NCBI GenBank assembly: GCA_004299705.1 | Contig: SCQS01000061.1 | Location: forward strand, 32,420 to 96,419 | Direction of reading: 5' to 3' | DNA length: 64,000 nucleotides | DNA from: Rhodanobacteraceae bacterium | Lineage (GTDB): Bacteria; Pseudomonadota; Gammaproteobacteria; Xanthomonadales; Rhodanobacteraceae | In this document: in pieces, positions 34,964-43,136 of the stretch | Layout of the letters: the number at the start of each line of letters is the position of its first letter | Numbering within the stretch: the stretch's first letter is position 1 | Translations under genes and position numbers: made by a program | Notes under the pieces: model-generated | The model's input: the letters and a program-made list of their open reading frames with translations, nothing else | What the model was told of the DNA's origin: nothing | Databases searched by the model: none

Positions 34964-35860
34964 ATGCCCCGCAATCAAGGACTGCAAATCGAGGAGCAGA
35001 ACTCATCCCCGGACCGCAGGGTTGGTTTCGATGCCGCGGCCGAGCTGGCGGGGTTGCCGTATGTACGCTTGACCCAGCGCCTGCCGCCGCCGCGCGACCG
35101 GCGCGAGTTGTGGTGGCTGCTGGCGCTGGTGTTGCTGGGCCACGCGCTGCTGGGCTGGGTGGCGTGGATGATTCTGCGGCCCTCGTTGAATTTTCGTGGC
35201 GAGAACGGGGTGATCACGGTGAGCGTGATCGAGCCGGCTGCGAGCCTGCCGCCGCCACCACTGATCGCACCGCCGCCACCGTTGCCGGGCCAACCGCCGC
35301 CACCGCCAACCGCGCCACGACGACACTTGCACTACGTGCCGCCCGCCAAGGGCGCGATCCAGGCCACGTTGCAAGGCGTGAAAGGGCCGCCACTGGATCT
35401 GTACCAGTCGAACGGACAGATCCGGATGCCGCCGAACGCGCCGCCGCCACCGCCGTCTGCGCCGGCCTACCGCACGCCGCAAATCCAGGGTTCGCAGATC
35501 GGCGGCGGCAAATCGCCGGTGCCGTACAAGCCGACCCGGTTTGCGCAGGGTTTCGCGCCGACCAACCAGTCGCTGGGTGCCAAGGCGGCGGACAAGATCG
35601 GTGAGGTGTATGACAAGGCGGTCGAAAAGACCACGATCAAGAAGACGATCAAACTGCCGGGTGGCATGAAGCTCCATTGCGCCGTGGCGCCGCTGCTTCT
35701 CGGCGGTGGTTGCGTACCCAATCCGCCGCAGCCTCCGCCGAAGAACGACAACGACGTCCGCCTGTCGATGCCGCCGCCGGAAACGTTGACCGGCAAGAAA
35801 GTGCCGGTGCCGAAGTCGGAGCCGAGCGTGGTGCCTTCCGCTGCCTCGAGTTCGCATTGA
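34964..35860 (+). CDS. Proline-rich single-pass membrane protein, unknown function
   Basis: Lies within ORF 34805..35860; start placed at MPRNQG. TM helix WWLLALVLLGHALLGWVAWMIL. Poly-Pro tracts PPPPLIAPPPPLPGQPPPPPTAP and NAPPPPPSAP. No recognisable TonB C-terminal domain. Confidence 0.5.
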   Translation: MPRNQGLQIEEQNSSPDRRVGFDAAAELAGLPYVRLTQRLPPPRDRRELWWLLALVLLGHALLGWVAWMILRPSLNFRGENGVITVSVIEPAASLPPPPLIAPPPPLPGQPPPPPTAPRRHLHYVPPAKGAIQATLQGVKGPPLDLYQSNGQIRMPPNAPPPPPSAPAYRTPQIQGSQIGGGKSPVPYKPTRFAQGFAPTNQSLGAKAADKIGEVYDKAVEKTTIKKTIKLPGGMKLHCAVAPLLLGGGCVPNPPQPPPKNDNDVRLSMPPPETLTGKKVPVPKSEPSVVPSAASSSH

Positions 35861-35894
35861 CGCGATGGGGCTTGCTTTCCGCAAGGAGCAAAAA

Positions 35895-35990
35895 GCCATC
35901 CCCCTCACTCCCCCTTCCTTTGGAAGGGGGAAGAATGCCTTGCCCCCTTCCAAAGGAAAGGGGGTCGCGCCGCAGGCGCGGGGGGATGTC
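35895..35990. repeat. REP family B element
   Basis: gccatccccct, cccccttcctttggaaggggg, cccccttccaaaggaaaggggg and ggggggatg. Confidence 0.8.
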
Positions 35991-36007
35991 CAGCTACAAT
36001 CCCGCAG

Positions 36008-36565
36008 ATGCCCACACCCCCCGAGATACTTGCGACGCGCCAAGCGCGCGACAGCCGTTTCCTGCATATCGAGGAGGTCGACCTCGCGTTTTCCAACGGC
36101 GCGCGCCGCACCTTCGAGCGTTTGACCGCATCCGGGATGGGCGCAGTATTCATCGTCGCGCTGCGCGATGCCGACACGGTGTTGCTGGTGCGCGAGTACG
36201 GTGCCGGCGTCAACCGCTATGAGCTGGGCGTGCCCAAGGGCAGGATCGACAGAGGCGAAACCGCGCTGGCCGCCGCCGATCGCGAGTTGCAGGAAGAGGT
36301 CGGTTTCGGTGCACGCAAGCTGACGCCGCTGGCCACCTTGTCGCTCTCGCCCGCCTACATGACCCACAAGGCGCAAGTGGTGCTGGCAGAGGATCTGTAT
36401 CCGCAACGCCGGCCCGGCGATGAACCGGAGCCGCTGGACGTAGTGCCGTGGAAGTTGTCGGAACTGCACACCCTGCTGGCGCGCGACGATGTTTCGGAAG
36501 GCCGCTCGATCGCGGCGCTGTTCATCGCGCGCGAATATCTCGAAGGAAGGTACAAGCCCGCATGA
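36008..36565 (+). CDS. nudE: ADP compounds hydrolase NudE (Nudix)
   Basis: Collinear with E. coli NudE: FSNG..R.ER, LVREYGAGVNRYELGVPKG, Nudix box AAADRELQEEVGFGA and GDEPEPL. Confidence 0.8.
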   Translation: MPTPPEILATRQARDSRFLHIEEVDLAFSNGARRTFERLTASGMGAVFIVALRDADTVLLVREYGAGVNRYELGVPKGRIDRGETALAAADRELQEEVGFGARKLTPLATLSLSPAYMTHKAQVVLAEDLYPQRRPGDEPEPLDVVPWKLSELHTLLARDDVSEGRSIAALFIAREYLEGRYKPA

Positions 36566-37365
36566 GCAGCCTCGATCGCATCGCACGTGAAAGTTGCAGC
36601 CTCGCGCGCCGCGCCGGCGCGGCGATCCTGGAAATCTACGCGGGCAGTTTCGCGGTCGAGCACAAGGCCGACTCATCGCCGTTGACCGCCGCCGACATGG
36701 CTTCGCATCGACTGATCGTTGCGGGGCTGCAAGCATTGACGCCGGACATCCCGGTGCTGTCCGAGGAATCGAAGGACATCGATTGGAACACGCGGCGCGT
36801 CTGGGATCGCTACTGGCTGGTCGATCCGCTGGACGGCACCCGCGAGTTCGTCAAGCGCAACGGCGAGTTCACCGTCAACATCGCGTTGATCGAACAGCGC
36901 GCGCCGGTACTGGGCGTGGTGCTGGTTCCGGTGACCGGCGAATTGTATTTCGGTGTTGCGGGCGAAGGTGCGTTCCTGGAAACCGCACCCGGCGCCTTGC
37001 CACAGCCGATCGCGACGCGCGCGGCTGGGAAGGTTCCGGTGGTCGCGGGCAGCCGCTCGCACGGCAACGAACGACAGGCGGCGATGCTCGCGAACCTTGG
37101 CGGGCACAGGCTGGTGGCGGTGGGCTCGTCGATCAAGTTCTGCATGGTCGCGCGCGGTGACGCCGATCTGTACCTGCGCCTCGGCCCGACTTCCGAATGG
37201 GACACCGCGGCGGCGCAGTGCGTGCTGGAACAGGCCGGCGGTGCGGTGCTGGATCTGCAAGGGCAGCCGCTGCGCTACAACACCAAGGATTCGTTGCTCA
37301 ATCCCGAATTCCTGGCGCTGGGCGACGCTTCGGTCGATTGGCTGGCGCGGCTGCGGGTTACTTGA
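36562..37365 (+). CDS. cysQ: 3'(2'),5'-bisphosphate nucleotidase
   Basis: Lies within ORF 36448..37365; start at MSSLDRIA, with an ATGA overlap on the nudE stop. Inositol-monophosphatase family motifs LSEES, WLVDPLDGTREF and WDTAAAQCVLEQAGG. Confidence 0.85.
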   Translation: MSSLDRIARESCSLARRAGAAILEIYAGSFAVEHKADSSPLTAADMASHRLIVAGLQALTPDIPVLSEESKDIDWNTRRVWDRYWLVDPLDGTREFVKRNGEFTVNIALIEQRAPVLGVVLVPVTGELYFGVAGEGAFLETAPGALPQPIATRAAGKVPVVAGSRSHGNERQAAMLANLGGHRLVAVGSSIKFCMVARGDADLYLRLGPTSEWDTAAAQCVLEQAGGAVLDLQGQPLRYNTKDSLLNPEFLALGDASVDWLARLRVT

Positions 37366-37385
37366 GACTTTCTGCGAAGGTCGGA

Positions 37386-37501
37386 AAGCATTGGACGCGG
37401 ATAAAGGCGGATAAGAGCGGATAAAAAACATGAATAGGATTTGCCGCGCCGCTTTGCTCCATCCGCTTTTATCCGCGTGAATCCGCGTCAAGGAATGCTT
37501 T
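37386..37501. repeat. REP family C element (tandemly duplicated arm plus inverted arm)
   Basis: aaagcattggacgcggataaaggcggataagagcggataaaa ... ccgcttttatccgcgtgaatccgcgtcaaggaatgcttt, between cysQ and mazG. Confidence 0.75.
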
Positions 37502-37513
37502 GCATCCCGAGTC

Positions 37514-38395
37514 ATGAGCGACGACAAAAAATCCACGTCATCCGAAAACGGCATCGCAGGCCTGCTCGCGATCATGGCGCGGCTGCGTGATCCGGATCAC
37601 GGCTGTCCATGGGACGTCGGGCAAACCTTCGACAGCATCGCGCCGTACACCATCGAAGAAGCCTACGAAACCGCGGACGCGATCGACCGCAAGGACTACG
37701 CGGCGCTGAAAGACGAACTTGGCGATCTGCTGCTGCAGGTGGTGTTCCACGCGCGCATGGCCGAGGAACAAGGCTTGTTCGAGTTCGGCGATGTAGTGGA
37801 CGCGATCAGCGCCAAGCTGGTGCGCCGTCATCCGCACGTGAAATGGGGTCAGGTGAAATGGGGTCAGGTTCATTTTTCCGGGAAGGGCGTGGACACTCCA
37901 TCCGGTGGTTCGAAAAATGAACCTGACCCCATTTCATGGGACGAGATCAAGCGCGCCGAACGCGGAGCCCAGGGCAAGGCCGCCGATGCCAGTGTGCTGG
38001 CCGGCGTATCGCACGGCCTGCCCGAGTGGCGACGCGCGCTGAAGTTGTGCGACCGCGCCGCGACGGTCGGCTTCGACTGGCCCGGACCGGAACCCGTGCT
38101 GGACAAGTTGCAGGAAGAAATCGCAGAAGTGCGTGCCGAGTTTGCGGCTGGCTCGGGTCACGATCGCCTGCTCGACGAGATCGGCGACGTGGCCTTCGTG
38201 CTGGTCAACCTCGCGCGGCACGCCAAGGTGGATTTCTCGGCGGCGTTGCGCCACGCCAATGCCAAGTTCGAGCGGCGATTCAGGCGCATGGAGTCCCTGG
38301 CGGCAGAATCCGGCGGGAAGCTCGACGGCAAATCGCTGGCCGAGCAGGATGCGTTGTGGAATCGCGCCAAGGCTGAAGAGCGGGATCGACCCTGA
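37514..38395 (+). CDS. mazG: Nucleoside triphosphate pyrophosphohydrolase MazG (with an in-frame 33-codon repeat-derived insert)
   Basis: Collinear with E. coli MazG: RLRDPDHGCPWDVGQTF, YTIEEAYETADAI, ELGDLLLQVVFHARMAEE and RRHPHV; second domain EEIAEV, EIGDVAFVLVNLARH and NAKFERRFR. The segment KWGQVKWGQVHFSGKGVDTPSGGSKNEPDPIS corresponds to a palindromic repeat. Confidence 0.9.
   Translation: MSDDKKSTSSENGIAGLLAIMARLRDPDHGCPWDVGQTFDSIAPYTIEEAYETADAIDRKDYAALKDELGDLLLQVVFHARMAEEQGLFEFGDVVDAISAKLVRRHPHVKWGQVKWGQVHFSGKGVDTPSGGSKNEPDPISWDEIKRAERGAQGKAADASVLAGVSHGLPEWRRALKLCDRAATVGFDWPGPEPVLDKLQEEIAEVRAEFAAGSGHDRLLDEIGDVAFVLVNLARHAKVDFSAALRHANAKFERRFRRMESLAAESGGKLDGKSLAEQDALWNRAKAEERDRP
37838..37936. 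repeat. REP family C-like palindromic element inside the mazG coding sequence
   Basis: Direct repeat gtgaaatggggtcag x2 (37838-37867). Perfect 25-bp inverted repeat tgaaatggggtcaggttcatttttc (37854-37878) / gaaaaatgaacctgaccccatttca (37912-37936) with a 33-nt loop. Total about 99 nt, i.e. 33 codons. Confidence 0.8.
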
Positions 38396-38430
38396 CCGAC
38401 CCGCACCCGTTGGACGTCAAGAGTGGTTTT

Positions 38431-38517
38431 CCGCGAAGGACGCGAAGGACGCAAATGGTTCGTAGCTGTTGTGCTTCCTTGGCAATCCTTGCGTTCTTCG
38501 CGAACGGCCGTTTTTTT
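38431..38517 (+). terminator. REP family C-like hairpin with T7 tail; likely mazG terminator
   Basis: ccgcgaaggacgcgaaggacgcaa ... ccttgcgttcttcgcgaacgg is followed by ccgTTTTTTT (38511-38517). Confidence 0.6.
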
Positions 38518-38636
38518 GAATAGACAGCTTTCCCATAGGCCGCAAGTCATGCGGACTTTGGGCACATGAGCATGCCGGCCATCATGGTTATGCTTCTTTC
38601 GACCCACCGCACCAGCGGTGCCGCCGGAGAGTCGCA

Positions 38637-39596
38637 ATGCGCAAATCCACCCTGTTGCTTGCCAGCGCTTCGCTGCTGGCGCTGTCGTTCGGCGCGATGG
38701 CGGCCGAACAATGCCGTTACAGCGCGCCGCGCAATGCCGAGATCGATGCCGCGGGCCTGAAGCAGCTCGCAGTCCAGATCGGCCCCGATGACCTCAACAT
38801 CCACGGCGACCCCGGCGTTACCACGATCGTGGTGCATGGCACCGCCTGTGCGTCGAACCAGAAGTGGCTGCCGGACATCAAGCTCGAAGCCGCGCGCCAC
38901 GGCGACAGTGCCAGCGTGGTCGCGCACGACGGCGATCACATCGATCTCTTTTCCCTGTTCGGCAGCAATTATGCCTACCTGAAACTCGATGTCAGCGTGC
39001 CGCAAACGCTCGCGGTCAAGTTGATGGAAGGTTCCGGCGACGCCCAGGCCCGTTCGCTGGCCGCGCTGGATGCTTCGCTGGGTTCGGGCGATCTCAAGGT
39101 CAACGGCGTGTCCGGTGCATTCGGCCTGAGCGTGGGCTCGGGTGACGCGGTTGCCGGCGATGTCGGCAGCCTCGACCTGTCCAGCCTCGGCTCCGGCGAC
39201 GTGACGGTCGATGGCGTGCACGCCAATGCGCACGTCGGCTCGGTCGGTTCGGGCGACCTGCATCTTGCCAACGTCAAGGGCGATGTCGCGATCGGTTCGA
39301 TCGGCTCCGGTGATGCGAAGGTCGCGACGGTCGGCGGCAGCCTCAAGGCCGACAGCGTGGGCTCGGGCAGTCTGGTTGTTCGCGATGTCACGCGGAACGT
39401 CGCGGTCGGGTCGATTTCGTCCGGCGAGGTTGGCATCACCCACGCGGGCGGCAGCGTGCACGCCGACAGTCTGGGTTCGGGCGATTTCGGCGCGGACGGC
39501 GTGGGCGGTGATTTCAGCGTCGGCGCGGTGGGTAGCGGCGACGTCCATCACCACGGCGTCAAGGGCAAGGTCAGCGTGCCGAAAAGCGACGATTGA
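38637..39596 (+). CDS. Secreted GSGD-repeat beta-helix protein (DUF2807/DUF4097 'GIN'-like)
   Basis: Signal peptide MRKSTLLLASASLLALSFGAMA. At least 10 repeats about 20 aa long centred on G-S-G-D, e.g. GSGDLKVNGV, GSGDAVAGDV, GSGDVTVDGV, GSGDLHLANV, GSGDAKVATV. Confidence 0.7.
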   Translation: MRKSTLLLASASLLALSFGAMAAEQCRYSAPRNAEIDAAGLKQLAVQIGPDDLNIHGDPGVTTIVVHGTACASNQKWLPDIKLEAARHGDSASVVAHDGDHIDLFSLFGSNYAYLKLDVSVPQTLAVKLMEGSGDAQARSLAALDASLGSGDLKVNGVSGAFGLSVGSGDAVAGDVGSLDLSSLGSGDVTVDGVHANAHVGSVGSGDLHLANVKGDVAIGSIGSGDAKVATVGGSLKADSVGSGSLVVRDVTRNVAVGSISSGEVGITHAGGSVHADSLGSGDFGADGVGGDFSVGAVGSGDVHHHGVKGKVSVPKSDD

Positions 39597-39602
39597 GGAA
39601 AC

Positions 39603-39637
39603 GCCGGCCGCGGACGCTTTGATTGCCCGCGGCCGGC
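39603..39637 (+). terminator. GC-rich hairpin 3' of the GSGD-repeat gene (no U-tail)
   Basis: 11-bp stem GCCGGCCGCGG / CCGCGGCCGGC with a 13-nt loop, 7 nt after the stop codon. Confidence 0.35.
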
Positions 39638-39872
39638 GCGCATCACAAACGCGGCGGACAGCGGGGAGTGCTGCCCGTCGCGCCGTCACTCGTGATGCCA
39701 GGCGGTCGTTGCCCCGCCCATGCATGACAACGCGGCCTGGCGGGATCGGTTGACACCGGCCGAGGTGTCGCGTTGCATGCAGCCGTTCACGCCGCGATCA
39801 CCGCCGCGACGGCACATTGTCGCCTGCAGCCCACAGTACGGGCCGCGAGTTGCGACGGGGGGAGAGGTGAAC

Positions 39873-40616
39873 ATGACCGAGGCCGAACGCGAAATGCAAA
39901 CGGGACTGGTGCTGCTGGTCGAAGACAACAGCGGCATCGCCGAAATGGTGGGCGAGTTCCTGGAGCGCCGTGGTTACACCGTCGATTTCGCCGGCGACGG
40001 CGTCAGCGGCCTGCACCTGGCGGTGACCAATTCGTACGACGTGGTGGTGCTGGATTTGATGTTGCCGGGCATGGATGGCCTGGACGTTTGCCGCAAGCTG
40101 CGCGGCGAAGCCAAGAAATCCACGCCGGTGCTGATGCTGACCGCGCGCGACACGCTGGAAGACAAACTGGTCGGCCTGGATGCCGGCGCCGACGATTACC
40201 TGGTCAAGCCGTTCGAGCCACGCGAACTGGAAGCGCGCATCCGCGCGCTGATCCGGCGCGAACGTCGGCAGGTTTCCAGCGAGGTGTACGAGATCGGCGG
40301 GCTGGTGCTGGATACCGCGACGCTGCGCCTGACCCGCGATGGCGAGGAACTGCAGGTTTCGCCGATCGGCCTGAAGCTGCTCGCGATCCTGATGCGCGAA
40401 TCGCCGCGGGTGGTGTCGCGGCACGACATCGAGCGCGAAATCTGGGGCGACACGCTGCCCGATTCCGACACCCTGCGCTCGCACCTGTACAACTTGCGCC
40501 GCGTGGTCGACAAGCCGTACGCCAAGCCGCTGGTGCACACCATCCACAGCGCGGGCTACCGGGTCGCCGACCTGGATGCCGAAGCCGAGGCCAGCGCGGC
40601 GGCGGCCAACCGTTGA
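39873..40616 (+). CDS. OmpR-family response regulator
   Basis: Lies within ORF 39720..40616; start at MTEAEREMQTGLVLLVEDN with SD GGGGGAGAGG. Receiver domain DVVVLDLMLPGMDG, LMLTARD and DDYLVKPF, plus a winged-helix output domain. Confidence 0.9.
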   Translation: MTEAEREMQTGLVLLVEDNSGIAEMVGEFLERRGYTVDFAGDGVSGLHLAVTNSYDVVVLDLMLPGMDGLDVCRKLRGEAKKSTPVLMLTARDTLEDKLVGLDAGADDYLVKPFEPRELEARIRALIRRERRQVSSEVYEIGGLVLDTATLRLTRDGEELQVSPIGLKLLAILMRESPRVVSRHDIEREIWGDTLPDSDTLRSHLYNLRRVVDKPYAKPLVHTIHSAGYRVADLDAEAEASAAAANR

Positions 40617-40685
40617 CTTGCGCCAGCCGTGCGGCGCGGCCCACAATCCGGGCACGCACACGGCATGGCGGGTAATCTTTAGCGC

Positions 40686-42044
40686 ATGGCCAGATACACC
40701 GGCATCGGCCACCGATTCTGGGTGATGTTCTCGCTGTGGGTGGCGGCCATCAGCGTGGTGACCGCGCTCGGCGTGTACGCGGCGGCCAGCTCCAGCCGCA
40801 AGGCCATCGCACAACAGGAACTCGACCGCGAACTCGTCTATTACAACGGCCAACTGGCGCGCAATCCGCGCACGCCGTTGCCGGACACCTGGTTGCTGCG
40901 CGGTTACCTGCGCACGCCAGATGGTTCCTTGGACAGCGTGCCCCGGCGTCTCGCGCGCCTTGCACCCGGCTACCACCAGATCGACCAGCCCGACGGCACG
41001 CAGGGCACCGTGCTGGTGTCGGATACGCCGCGCGGCCGATTGTTCCTGCTGTTCAACAACGACCGTCCCAACAGCGTGGTGATGCTGTTCGGGTTGATCC
41101 CGGTCGTGCTGGTGGTGCTGATCATCTACTTCGCAACCTGGCTGATGTATCGCGCGTCGCGTCGCGCGCTGTCGCCGGTGATCGAACTGGCCAAGGTGGT
41201 GCGGCGCTGGAATCCCGATCACCCCGACCCCGCGTCGCTGGCTCCGGACAAGCTGCCCGCCGCCACCGACAGCGACGTGGAGGTGCTGGTCGCAGCGCTG
41301 TACAACTTCGCCAATCGACTGGATGCCTTCGTCGAACGCGAGCGCAACTTCACCCGCGACGCCAGTCACGAGTTGCGCACGCCGCTGACCGTGATGAAGG
41401 TCGCCGTCGACGTGCTGGCCGACGAGGACATGAGCCCGTTCGCGCAGCGTTCGCTGGCGCGCATCCGCCGCTCGGTGCGCGAAATGGAAGCCCTGATCGA
41501 AACCTTCCTGGTGCTGGCGCGCGAATCCGACTCGGGCCTGCGCGACGAGGACTTCCTCGCCAACGACGTGGTCGGCACCGAAGTGGCGCGCTACCGCGAG
41601 CTGCTGGCCGGCAAGCAGGTCGAACTCGCGATGATCGAGCACGCGCGCTTCGCGCTGCACGCACCGCCGCGCGTGTTCGCGGTGATGGTCGGCAACCTCA
41701 TCCGCAACGCCTGCCTGTACACCGAGCAGGGCTGCGTCAACGTCGAGGTGGAGGCGGACAAGGTGCGCGTCACCGACACCGGCTGCGGCATGAGCGAGGA
41801 AGATCTGGAACGCGCCTTCCAGGCTTTCTACCGCGGCAGCCGTACCGGCAACCGGGGCCACGGCATCGGCCTCGCGATCGTGCGCCGCATCGCCGACCGC
41901 TACGGCTGGCAAGTCACGCTGGAAAGCACGCTGGGCAGGGGCACCATCGCGACCGCGCACTTCCCGGCAGCGCAGCCGCCGGATGCGGCCTTGCCGGCAC
42001 CCGGTGCCGAAGCGCATTCCGTCGATGTGGAACGACGCCTGTGA
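40686..42044 (+). CDS. Sensor histidine kinase (2 TM, HisKA + HATPase_c)
   Basis: H-box FTRDASHELRTPLT, N-box GNLIRNACLYT, G1 DTGCGM and G2 GHGIGLAIV. Confidence 0.9.
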   Translation: MARYTGIGHRFWVMFSLWVAAISVVTALGVYAAASSSRKAIAQQELDRELVYYNGQLARNPRTPLPDTWLLRGYLRTPDGSLDSVPRRLARLAPGYHQIDQPDGTQGTVLVSDTPRGRLFLLFNNDRPNSVVMLFGLIPVVLVVLIIYFATWLMYRASRRALSPVIELAKVVRRWNPDHPDPASLAPDKLPAATDSDVEVLVAALYNFANRLDAFVERERNFTRDASHELRTPLTVMKVAVDVLADEDMSPFAQRSLARIRRSVREMEALIETFLVLARESDSGLRDEDFLANDVVGTEVARYRELLAGKQVELAMIEHARFALHAPPRVFAVMVGNLIRNACLYTEQGCVNVEVEADKVRVTDTGCGMSEEDLERAFQAFYRGSRTGNRGHGIGLAIVRRIADRYGWQVTLESTLGRGTIATAHFPAAQPPDAALPAPGAEAHSVDVERRL

Positions 42045-42186
42045 CATCAATCATGACGGCGGACTGCAACCCTCTGCGATCCCTCGAAGATGCGGGATGG
42101 ACGCCTGGAGATAACCCGGAGCCGGACGTGAACACGGACGATGCCGCGGTGCGGGCGCAACTGCATTTTGTCCGGCGTTGCAGTTT

Positions 42187-43113
42187 TCACTCGTGCTGTA
42201 CACGTTTGTCCCGATGGGACAGCCCGGTGTGCCCGCGTCGTTCGGTGAGGTGCAGCCATACGCCTGCTCCCATCAGGACGGCCGCCAGCCAGAACAGCCA
42301 CGAGGCGTGATCGTCGAACGCCAGGATCGCGATGGTCGCACCGATGAACGGCGCGGTCGAAAAATACGCGCCGGTCCGCGCCGAGCCGACGCCGCGCAGC
42401 GCCAGCACGAACAACACCAGGCTGATGCCGTAACCGAACAGGCCGACACCCAGCGCCATGCCGACGATGGGGCCCGAAGGGAAGCGCGCGCCCAGCCCGA
42501 TCGCGATCGCGGTGTTGACGATGCCCGCAACCCAGCCCTTCAACCCCGCGATGAACAGCGCGTCGGAAGTCGACACCCTGCAGGTGAAATTGTTGTCCAG
42601 CGCCCAGCACAGGCACGCACCGGCGATCAGCAAAGTGCCGTGGCCGAATCCCAGGTGTTGCGACGAACCGGGCAGCGCCAGCAACACCGCACCCGCTACG
42701 ATCAGGGTGAAACCGAGCACGATCCGGCGGTTGGCGTTCTCGTGAAACACGATCCACGCGATCAGGGCGGTCAGCACCGCCTCCAGATTCAACAACAGCG
42801 ATGCCGTGGCCGCTGGAGTCCGCGCCAGCCCCAGCATCAGCAACTCCGGACCCAGCATGCCGCCGAATACGACCGCCAGCAGCAGCCACCGCCACTCACT
42901 TCGCGTCATCGGAGGCGCACGCCAACCCCGATCACGCACCAGCCGAATCAGCGCGAGGCCAAGGCCACTGCCGAGATACAGCAGGCCGGCCAGCAGGACG
43001 GGGGGCAGGTCGTGCAGCAGCGCCTTGGCCAGCGGCGTACTGGCGCCGAACAGGACGGCTGCGCCGAGTGCCGCGAACGCCGAGGAAAGCGGAAATGCGT
43101 GATCCGTTTTCAT
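42187..43113 (-). CDS. DMT superfamily (EamA-like) transporter
   Basis: Lies within ORF 42187..43233; start at MKTDHAFPLSSAFAALGAAVLFG. Ten predicted TM segments in the two-EamA-repeat pattern. Confidence 0.85.
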   Translation of the reverse strand: MKTDHAFPLSSAFAALGAAVLFGASTPLAKALLHDLPPVLLAGLLYLGSGLGLALIRLVRDRGWRAPPMTRSEWRWLLLAVVFGGMLGPELLMLGLARTPAATASLLLNLEAVLTALIAWIVFHENANRRIVLGFTLIVAGAVLLALPGSSQHLGFGHGTLLIAGACLCWALDNNFTCRVSTSDALFIAGLKGWVAGIVNTAIAIGLGARFPSGPIVGMALGVGLFGYGISLVLFVLALRGVGSARTGAYFSTAPFIGATIAILAFDDHASWLFWLAAVLMGAGVWLHLTERRGHTGLSHRDKRVQHE

Positions 43114-43136
43114 TGCGTATACCGTAACCCTGTTCG

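Noticed and set aside
35003-36736. 577-aa ORF on the minus strand
   Set aside because: It is antisense to the proline-rich gene, nudE and cysQ. It is Arg-rich low-complexity sequence that spans a REP element.
39798-42050. 750-aa ORF on the minus strand
   Set aside because: It is antisense to the response regulator and histidine kinase genes, both of which have unambiguous motifs.
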